The translations under genes and the position numbers were made by a program. From an uncultured Pelagibacteraceae bacterium (GTDB lineage Bacteria > Pseudomonadota > Alphaproteobacteria > Pelagibacterales > Pelagibacteraceae), in assembly GCA_902606115.1 (NCBI GenBank), contig CACLFM010000006.1, forward strand, positions 453-64,452: a stretch of DNA of 64,000 nucleotides, in the 5' to 3' direction. Within the stretch, counting starts at the first letter, position 1. Each line of letters starts with the position of its first letter. The notes beneath the pieces are model-generated. The model ran no database searches and was not told the DNA's origin. It saw only the letters and a list, made by a program, of their open reading frames with translations. Of the stretch, positions 52,237 through 59,942 are shown piece after piece.

Positions 52237-54459
52237 ATGCAAATTAAAAGTGTTGTCATCATTGGATCTGGAACTATGGGTAGCGGAATAGCTGCCCATC
52301 TATGTAATGCTAATGTTCCAGTCACTCTTTTAGATCTATCAACCGATATTAGTACAAAGGCTAGAGAAAGAATTTATAAATCTAGACCACCGCTTTTAAT
52401 CGATAAAAAGAAAATTGATAATATTAAAGTTGGTAACATCAATGATGATTTTGATGTTGTTAAAAAAGCTGATTGGATTGTAGAAGCTGTTGTTGAGAGA
52501 ATAGATATAAAACATAAAATATACGATAAAATTTTTAAAAATAGAAAGTCAGGAGCAATTGTATCTTCTAATACATCTTCAATTCCTATAAAAATTTTAT
52601 CAGAACATTTAACAGATGATGAAAAAAAAGACTTTTGTATAACTCACTTTTTTAATCCTGTTAGATATATGGGACTTTTAGAGATCGTCAAAAATGAAAA
52701 TAACGATTTAAAAAAGATAGATTCTTTAAAAAAATTTTGTGAAAATGAATTAGGCAAAGGTGCAATTGTCTGTAATGATACACCAGGTTTTCTTGGAAAT
52801 AGAATAGGTGTTTACGCAATGCAAGTAGCCATGACTGAAGCATTCAAAATGAAGTTATCAATTGAAGAGGCTGATGCTATATTTGGAAGACCAATGGGAA
52901 TTCCTAAAACAGGTGTTTTTGGTTTATATGATCTAATCGGAATAGACCTTATGGCTGATGTACTAAAAAGCTTTATAAAAGAGCTTCCTGAGCAAGATTC
53001 ATTTCAAGAAGTTGCTAAAGAAATACCCTTAGTTAAAAAATTAATTGAGACTGGTTATACAGGAAGGAAAGGTAAGGGTGGTTTCTATCGAATGAATAAG
53101 ACAAACGATCAAAAAATATTAGAGGCTATAAATTTAGTGTCCGGTGATTATTCTCCCTCTAAAAAAATTGACATGGGAATTGATACTGTAAATCTAAAAG
53201 AATTAATAAATAGAAAAGATAAATATGGTGAATATTCATGGTTAGTCATATCAAAAATAATTAAATATGCCTCATCATTAGTTCCAGGTATTACAGATAA
53301 ATTCAATGACATTGATGAAGCAATGAGACTAGGATTTAATTGGGCTATGGGACCTTTTGAGATGCTTAAATCTATTGGGGTTAACGAATTTTTTAATCGT
53401 ATAGATAATTTCAAAAATAACGCTTTCTTAGAAAGTTTATCAAAAACAAAAGATGAGAATTTTTATGGTTCTAGGCAATTATACACCGATATTGAAACTT
53501 TAGGAAAAGTAAAACCTAAAGCAACAAAAACAGATAAAAATAAGTCAGCTGAAATATATAGATTTAAAGACTTTAATATTGTTGAATTTACCACAAAGGC
53601 TTGCGCACTAGATTACGACTCTATGGATGCTCTTAAAAAAGCAACTGATAAACCGTTGATAGTGATAAATGAAAGTATGCAATTTTCTGCAGGTGTTAAT
53701 CTTAGTTATACTATGAACTTTGCTGAAAAAAATGATTATAAATCAATAGAAAAATTTATTAAATATTTTCAAGATACTTGTAAAGAATTAAAATATTCAA
53801 AATATCCAGTAGTTTCAGCTCCATCCGGTCTTACTTTAGGAGGAGGATTTGAAGTTTTAGTACAAAGTAATTTCGTTGCATCTCATACAAATATAGTAGT
53901 TGGATTAGTTGAAAGTATAGTTGGATTGGTCCCAGCAGGCGGTGGATGTAAAGAAATGTTATGGAGATGGTCACAAACCTCTGAGGCAAAATGCGATCCT
54001 GACTTTGCCCCATTAAAAGTTTTTGAAATCATTGGTTATGCAAAAACTGCCACTTCTCCAATTGAAGCTGAGCCTTTGAAATACTTAAGGCCGGAAGATA
54101 AAAAAATAATGAATAGAAATAGTCTTTTTTCAGAATCAAAAAAAATAATAGATCAAAATCAAAATTTTAAATCTCCAAATGAATGTACATTTAAATTATC
54201 AGGAAAACCATTAAAAGAAAAAATGATCAAGGTGCTGGAAAAACTTTATAATGAAAAAGTAATATTAGATCATGGTATGAAAGTAGGAACAGAACTTGCA
54301 AATGTATTAAGTGGTGGAGACACTACATCAGATAGATTGCTAACAGAGGACAACTTATATGAGCTAGAGCTTACTTCATTCATGAACTTAATTGAAACAG
54401 ATCGGACTAAAGATAGAATAAGACATACCCTATCTACTGGAAAGCCACTTGTTAATTAA
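52237..54459 (+). CDS. 3-hydroxyacyl-CoA dehydrogenase / enoyl-CoA hydratase fusion (FadN-like domain order)
   Basis: GSGTMGSGIA, EAVVE, SSNTS, HFFNP, D.PGF.GNR; C-terminal crotonase motifs FSAG.NL, LGGGFE, GLVE..VGLVPAGGG. Confidence 0.9.
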   Translation: MQIKSVVIIGSGTMGSGIAAHLCNANVPVTLLDLSTDISTKARERIYKSRPPLLIDKKKIDNIKVGNINDDFDVVKKADWIVEAVVERIDIKHKIYDKIFKNRKSGAIVSSNTSSIPIKILSEHLTDDEKKDFCITHFFNPVRYMGLLEIVKNENNDLKKIDSLKKFCENELGKGAIVCNDTPGFLGNRIGVYAMQVAMTEAFKMKLSIEEADAIFGRPMGIPKTGVFGLYDLIGIDLMADVLKSFIKELPEQDSFQEVAKEIPLVKKLIETGYTGRKGKGGFYRMNKTNDQKILEAINLVSGDYSPSKKIDMGIDTVNLKELINRKDKYGEYSWLVISKIIKYASSLVPGITDKFNDIDEAMRLGFNWAMGPFEMLKSIGVNEFFNRIDNFKNNAFLESLSKTKDENFYGSRQLYTDIETLGKVKPKATKTDKNKSAEIYRFKDFNIVEFTTKACALDYDSMDALKKATDKPLIVINESMQFSAGVNLSYTMNFAEKNDYKSIEKFIKYFQDTCKELKYSKYPVVSAPSGLTLGGGFEVLVQSNFVASHTNIVVGLVESIVGLVPAGGGCKEMLWRWSQTSEAKCDPDFAPLKVFEIIGYAKTATSPIEAEPLKYLRPEDKKIMNRNSLFSESKKIIDQNQNFKSPNECTFKLSGKPLKEKMIKVLEKLYNEKVILDHGMKVGTELANVLSGGDTTSDRLLTEDNLYELELTSFMNLIETDRTKDRIRHTLSTGKPLVN

Positions 54460-55105
54460 TATCAGAAAACATTTTTAATGAGTTAATAAAATCTGGCCTT
54501 AAGACATATTCAGATTGTTCATTAAATTTAATTTTTTCCAAAGCAGAAATTCCACTAATAACTCTTCCTAAAGGAGTGTATTCACCCTCAAACATAAAAG
54601 CGTCAGCCAAAAGGATTAAAAACTCACTATCCTCAAAGTCACCATTTTTACTTTTTGCAAAAGCTAGCGTACCTCTTTTAAATTCAAATGGTTTATCTGT
54701 CTCTGGCTTAATCAAATCATATTTCGATCTTCCACTACCTATATAAGTATAATTTATATTATCTTTCCTACCAAATTCGAGATCTCCTGCTTGTACTAAA
54801 AAATTTTCAACAACTCTATGAAATGCAACATTGTCATATTCTTTATTTTTAATTAGCTTTGTAAATCTTTCGACTGAATTTGGTGAAATATTTGGAAAAA
54901 GTTCAATTATGACATTACCACATGTAACATTTAAGATGACGATATTTTCAGGATTATTAAAATTTAATTTTGTAAGATTTACTTTCTCAACGAACAAACA
55001 TTTATTTTTAATTAAAGTAAAAGAAATTAAGGAAAAAATTCCAAGTAAAATTAAAAAAATTAGTAATAATTTTTCAGATTTTGTTTGTTTGATTTTCTTT
55101 AACAT
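54452..55105 (-). CDS. Membrane-anchored cyclophilin-type peptidyl-prolyl isomerase
   Basis: N-terminal TM, Y...FHRV..F..Q.GD, G.V..G motifs. Confidence 0.85.
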   Translation of the reverse strand: MLKKIKQTKSEKLLLIFLILLGIFSLISFTLIKNKCLFVEKVNLTKLNFNNPENIVILNVTCGNVIIELFPNISPNSVERFTKLIKNKEYDNVAFHRVVENFLVQAGDLEFGRKDNINYTYIGSGRSKYDLIKPETDKPFEFKRGTLAFAKSKNGDFEDSEFLILLADAFMFEGEYTPLGRVISGISALEKIKFNEQSEYVLRPDFINSLKMFSDIN

Positions 55106-55107
55106 TT

Positions 55108-55845
55108 TTAAAATTGATGTTTAACATCTAATTTTTTAACTATATTTTTAATTGTTCTTACTTTTTTATTAAGTATTTCGTCTTTACTAATCATATCTAG
55201 AATTAAATTATTGTCTGACATCATAAAAGAAAAAGTTTCTGCCATATCTTCAGATATTGTTGATTTTGCATATTCAGATACAAATCCATTGCTATTGTAA
55301 ATTTTTTCTAAACTATAATTATCAGAACATGTTGAACATGCTGAATATTCAAATTCTTTCGAATTCAAATTACTCCAAGAAATAGTTGAAAAATATTTAT
55401 TAAAATTATGTTCAATTATATGAAAAACCTCATGATGTAATACTCTTTCAAAATTCGAATTGTTGGAATTTATATTTAAGATAAGTGTCTTCATTTCAGG
55501 GTTAGTAAATCCAAGCGCAGGTATTCCTGCTATTTCTAATTCACTACATAAAACAATATATTTTAACTTAATTTTTCTAAAAAAGTCATCATTATATCTA
55601 TCGAAACTTCTTTGAGTCTCTAAATATTTTTTATTAAAATTTTGAGATTGATTTTTTTTACAACTAACATTCTTAAAGCTTGAACCAACAAAAAAATCTT
55701 TTGTGGGCCTCAAGTAAGCTAAGGATTTTTTATTTTCCAACTTATGCAAAGTTAAATTAGGTATCTTTATTAATTCAAAAATTTGATCTGCTTTAGCAAC
55801 AAATGATAACAATAATAGCAATATTATATAAAAGTTTAATTTCAT
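55108..55845 (-). CDS. Secreted putative zinc metallopeptidase (HEXXH)
   Basis: Start at MKLNFY with signal peptide; LHHEVFHII and GFVSEYA....EDMAETF. The upstream extension in the ORF track overlaps the opposite-strand gene and is spurious. Confidence 0.75.
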   Translation of the reverse strand: MKLNFYIILLLLLSFVAKADQIFELIKIPNLTLHKLENKKSLAYLRPTKDFFVGSSFKNVSCKKNQSQNFNKKYLETQRSFDRYNDDFFRKIKLKYIVLCSELEIAGIPALGFTNPEMKTLILNINSNNSNFERVLHHEVFHIIEHNFNKYFSTISWSNLNSKEFEYSACSTCSDNYSLEKIYNSNGFVSEYAKSTISEDMAETFSFMMSDNNLILDMISKDEILNKKVRTIKNIVKKLDVKHQF

Positions 55846-55896
55846 TGGAAAATTATGATTATACTTTAATCGAATATTATATGTTAGATTAAATAA

Positions 55897-56859
55897 ATGA
55901 AGAAAAAAAACAAAAGCACAATTCAACCGGTAAGTGGAACAGTTGTTCCTAGATTTGCAGGACCAAGTACATTTGCAAGATTGCCAGAACTTAGAGATGT
56001 AGAAAGTTGCGATGTAGCAATTGTAGGAATTCCTTTTGATGCAGGAACAAGTTATCGACCTGGTGCAAGATTTGGACCACAAAGTATTAGACAAGCATCA
56101 AGACATTTAAGAACTAATTACCATCCAGATTACGACGTTGAACCATTCAAGGTTCAACAAGTTGCAGATGCTGGAGATATAACTTGTAATCCATTTAATA
56201 TAAAAGAAGCGATACATCAAATAGAAAACGGAGCACTCGATCTTTTAAAACAAACAGGTGGCATCATTAGCATGGGAGGCGATCACACAATTGCATTTCC
56301 GCTCCTTAGAGCAATAAACAAAATTAATGAGGGACCTGTAGCTTTAGTACATTTTGATGCTCATCTCGATACTTGGGATACTTATATGGGCGCACCATTT
56401 ACACACGGAACTCCTTTTAGAAGGGCAAGAGAGGAAGGTTTATTTCTTGATGATGCTTCAATGCATGTCGGCATTAGAGGTCCCTTATATAGCAGAGATG
56501 ATCTAAAAAATGACGAAAGTTTTGGGTTTAAAATTATTCATTGTGATGAGTTTCAAACTGAAGGAATTGATAAAATAGTGAGTAGAATAAGAAAAAGAGT
56601 AGGGAACAATCCATTGTATCTCTCAATAGACATAGATGTTTTAGATCCTGCTTTTGCTCCAGGAACTGGAACTCCTGAGATAGCTGGAATGTCAACAAGA
56701 GAAATGGTTAATGTTATTAGAGGATTATCTGGATTAAAATTAATATCAGCAGATGTAGTTGAGGTATCTCCTGCGTATGACCACGCGGAAGTTACATCTT
56801 TAGCAGCTGCAACGATAATTTATGAACTGACAAATTTATTTGCAAAAGTTAAAGGATAA
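55897..56859 (+). CDS. speB: Ureohydrolase (agmatinase / guanidinobutyrase family)
   Basis: G.PFD.GTSYRPGARFGP, GGDH, DAHLD, SIDID.LDP.FAPGTGTPE, D.VEVSP.YD. Confidence 0.85.
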   Translation: MKKKNKSTIQPVSGTVVPRFAGPSTFARLPELRDVESCDVAIVGIPFDAGTSYRPGARFGPQSIRQASRHLRTNYHPDYDVEPFKVQQVADAGDITCNPFNIKEAIHQIENGALDLLKQTGGIISMGGDHTIAFPLLRAINKINEGPVALVHFDAHLDTWDTYMGAPFTHGTPFRRAREEGLFLDDASMHVGIRGPLYSRDDLKNDESFGFKIIHCDEFQTEGIDKIVSRIRKRVGNNPLYLSIDIDVLDPAFAPGTGTPEIAGMSTREMVNVIRGLSGLKLISADVVEVSPAYDHAEVTSLAAATIIYELTNLFAKVKG

Positions 56860-56873
56860 GTTAATTTCTTTTC

Positions 56874-58307
56874 ATGCTAGATAAAAAAAAATTTTACATT
56901 AATGGAGAGTGGGTCAGCCCAAAAAGCAAAGAAACAATCGATATAATTAATCCTGCAACAGAAGATGCTTGTGCAAAGATATCATTAGGAAATAAAGAAG
57001 ATATTAATGAAGCAGTACAATCTGCAAAAATAGCTTTTAAAACTTGGGCGTTCTCAACAAAGGAAGAAAGACTGGCCCCATTAGAGAAATTATATGAGCT
57101 TTATAAAAAAAGATGGGCGGATATCGCAGAAGCGATTACATTGGAAATGGGTGCTCCAAAAGATTTTGCAACTAAACTTCAAGCTGGTACAGGAGCTGCA
57201 CACATTAAAACCTTTATAAAATATTTGAAAGAATTTAATTTTGAAAAGTCTTTAGGTGAACATGCAAAAAATCAAAGAATAATCTATGAGCCTAAAGGAG
57301 TGTGTGCTTTAATTACCCCTTGGAATTGGCCCATGAATCAAACATGCTTAAAAGTTATGCCAGCTATTGCATCTGGTTGTACTATGGTTCTTAAGCCATC
57401 TGAGGTGGCACCCTTATCAGCAATGATACTTGCAGAATTAATCCATGAGGCTAAATTTCCAAAAGGAGTATTTAATTTAGTTAATGGAGACGGAGCAAGC
57501 ACAGGTGATGCGCTCACAAGCCATTCAGATATAGATATGATTTCTTTTACTGGATCAACACGTGCAGGTGCTTTGATTTCACAAAATGCTGCAAAAGATT
57601 TTAAAAGGGTAAGCCTCGAACTTGGTGGCAAAGGTGCTAACATAATATTTAAAGACGCAGATCCAAAAGCAATAGAAAGAGGAGCCCTTAGATGTTTTAG
57701 AAATTCTGGTCAATCATGTAATGCCCCAACAAGAATGTTAGTAGAAAAAAGTATGTATGCACAAGCAGTTGAGAGAGTAAAACAATTTGCAATGGAAATG
57801 AAAGTTGGTGATCCTAATAAGGAAGGAGATCATATCGGACCAGTTGTTTCTGAAATACAATATAAAAAAATACAGTCTTTAATTCAAAAGGGGATAGATG
57901 AGGGGGCTAAACTTGTAGCAGGAGGAACTGGCAAACCAAATGGTATTGAAAAAGGATATTTTGTAAAACCTACAGCTTTTGCTGATGTTAATAATAATAT
58001 GGAAATAGCTAGAACAGAGATTTTTGGACCTGTTTTGTCAATTATACCTTTCGAAAATGAGGAGGAAGCTATTGAGATAGCCAATGATACTGATTATGGA
58101 CTAACAAATTATATTCAAACTCAAGATAAGGAAAAGGCAAATCGTGTAGCGAGGAAATTAAGATCTGGAATGGTTGATGTTAATGGCGCAGGTATAGCAG
58201 TGGATGCACCTTTTGGTGGTTTCAAACATTCAGGAATTGGTAGAGAAGCAGGTAAGGAAGGTTTGCTAGAATTTTTAGAAGTTAAATCGGTTGGTGGTTG
58301 GAATTAA
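56874..58307 (+). CDS. Aldehyde dehydrogenase
   Basis: PWNWP, KPSE, FTGST, LELGGK, NSGQSC, EIFGP, PFGG.K.SG.GRE. Confidence 0.95.
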   Translation: MLDKKKFYINGEWVSPKSKETIDIINPATEDACAKISLGNKEDINEAVQSAKIAFKTWAFSTKEERLAPLEKLYELYKKRWADIAEAITLEMGAPKDFATKLQAGTGAAHIKTFIKYLKEFNFEKSLGEHAKNQRIIYEPKGVCALITPWNWPMNQTCLKVMPAIASGCTMVLKPSEVAPLSAMILAELIHEAKFPKGVFNLVNGDGASTGDALTSHSDIDMISFTGSTRAGALISQNAAKDFKRVSLELGGKGANIIFKDADPKAIERGALRCFRNSGQSCNAPTRMLVEKSMYAQAVERVKQFAMEMKVGDPNKEGDHIGPVVSEIQYKKIQSLIQKGIDEGAKLVAGGTGKPNGIEKGYFVKPTAFADVNNNMEIARTEIFGPVLSIIPFENEEEAIEIANDTDYGLTNYIQTQDKEKANRVARKLRSGMVDVNGAGIAVDAPFGGFKHSGIGREAGKEGLLEFLEVKSVGGWN

Positions 58308-59488
58308 TTCGCTTTAGATTTAATACCTTCTAAGAATTTTAAACATTTTTTTAATTCATTTAATTCAATAAATTCATCGATTTTATGTGCTTGCTCGATT
58401 GAACCAGGGCCACATACGACAGTACTAATTCCTATTTCTTGAAACAAACCTGCTTCTGTTCCAAACGATACTACATTTCTTGAATTATCACCCGTGATAC
58501 TTGAAACAAGCTCACAGGCATCAGATTTTTCGTCCCGATCGAAACCAAGTATTTCTCCAATGATTTCTTTTTCAATTTTAGAATGTGGATAAGTTTTTTT
58601 CATTTCAGGTAACAATTTCTCATTAACAAATTTGTAGATTTCATTATTTACAAATTCACCATCTTTTTTAATTACAGGCCTCAATTCCCAATCAACTTTA
58701 CATTTATCAGCAATAACATTCCTTGCTATACCACCGGATATACCGCCAATTTGAAGTGTTGTATAAGGTGGATCAAAGATAGAATTTTTTGGTGGGTTAT
58801 TTTTTAAATAATCTCTAATCTCTAAAAGTTTTTGTATAAATTTAGAAGCGTACTCAACAGCATTTACTCCTTTATCAGGTTGTGAACCATGGCCTGCTAA
58901 ACCATAAAAATGAGTTGTGTATTCATAACAGCCTTTGTGAGCATCTATAATTTTCATGTTTGTAGGTTCGCCGACAACACAGATTGCATTTTTGATATCT
59001 CTTTTTTTCAATTCCTCAATTAATAATGGAGCACCTTGACAAGCTGTCTCTTCATCAAATGTGAATGAAAAATGAAGATCTCTATCCATGTTAGAGCTTG
59101 AAAAAATAGGTGCATAAGCGAGAAGACATGCAAGAAATCCTTTCATATCACACGAGCCCCGTCCATATAATTTTTCATCTTTTATAGTTGCTATAAAAGG
59201 ATCTGATGACCAACCTTTTGAAACTGGAACAACATCAGTATGTCCAGATAAAATAATTGGTTTTTTACCATTTTTAATTTTTGATTTAATCGAAGCGAAA
59301 AGATTTACTCTTTTTTTATCGGAGTCGTAAATTTTAAACGACTCAGCACCCAAGTCATTAAAAATTTTTTCACAATAATTTATTATAGAATTATTGTCCT
59401 CTCCTGAAATTGATTTAAAAGCTATAAGTTCAGAGAGTATTTTTACAGAACTATTAAATGTTTTATCTAAATTATTTTCTGTACTCAT
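58304..59488 (-). CDS. argE: Acetylornithine deacetylase (M20A)
   Basis: SGHTDVVP, GRGSCDMKG, DEE, GEPT, HKG, GTEAG, CGPGSIEQAH..DE. Confidence 0.9.
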   Translation of the reverse strand: MSTENNLDKTFNSSVKILSELIAFKSISGEDNNSIINYCEKIFNDLGAESFKIYDSDKKRVNLFASIKSKIKNGKKPIILSGHTDVVPVSKGWSSDPFIATIKDEKLYGRGSCDMKGFLACLLAYAPIFSSSNMDRDLHFSFTFDEETACQGAPLLIEELKKRDIKNAICVVGEPTNMKIIDAHKGCYEYTTHFYGLAGHGSQPDKGVNAVEYASKFIQKLLEIRDYLKNNPPKNSIFDPPYTTLQIGGISGGIARNVIADKCKVDWELRPVIKKDGEFVNNEIYKFVNEKLLPEMKKTYPHSKIEKEIIGEILGFDRDEKSDACELVSSITGDNSRNVVSFGTEAGLFQEIGISTVVCGPGSIEQAHKIDEFIELNELKKCLKFLEGIKSKAN

Positions 59489-59515
59489 ATATAAAATTTA
59501 CTATATATTAATTTT

Positions 59516-59858
59516 ATGAAAGAACAAATAACGTATGATTTATTTGATAAAGTAGACATCAGAATTGGCACAGTAATTTCAGTTAAAAAAAAATGAAAAA
59601 GCAAGAAAACCCTCACTTGTTATAGAGGTAGATTTTGGAAAAGATATAGGAATAAAACAATCTTCTGCCCAAATTACTCATTATTATAATGAAGAAAATT
59701 TAATTAATAAGCAAGTAATAGGTGTTTGTAATTTTGCTGAAAAGAATATTGCTGGTGTATTGTCACAAGTTTTAATACTTGGAGCAATCGACTCAGATGG
59801 TAAAGTAGTTTTATTACATCCGTCACAAAAAACTGAAAATGGATTACCTATCGCTTAA
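59516..59858 (+). pseudogene. csaA: CsaA/Trbp111-type tRNA-binding/secretion chaperone with a +1 frameshift in an A9 run (probably a sequencing error)
   Basis: MKEQITYDLFDKVDIRIGTVISVKK | NEKARKPSLVIEVDFG..IGIKQSSAQITHYY....NF..KNIAG..SQVLILG..ENGLPIA*. A9 at 59585-59593; length 343 = 3n+1; absent from the ORF track. Confidence 0.85.
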
Positions 59859-59911
59859 TTATTAAGTAACTTTGCGACAAATGATAGTTTTATTAAATTG
59901 ATTAATTGTGC

Positions 59912-59929
59912 TAAATCGAAATCGATTTA
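59912..59929. promoter_or_regulatory. Palindrome upstream of acnA (candidate operator)
   Basis: TAAATCGA-aa-TCGATTTA perfect 8-bp inverted repeat, 13 nt before the ATG. Confidence 0.4.
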
Positions 59930-59942
59930 AGACTTTAAATAT

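Noticed and set aside
55846-56094. N-terminal extension of the 328-aa minus-strand ORF
   Set aside because: It overlaps the ureohydrolase on the opposite strand; the signal peptide begins at ATG 55845.
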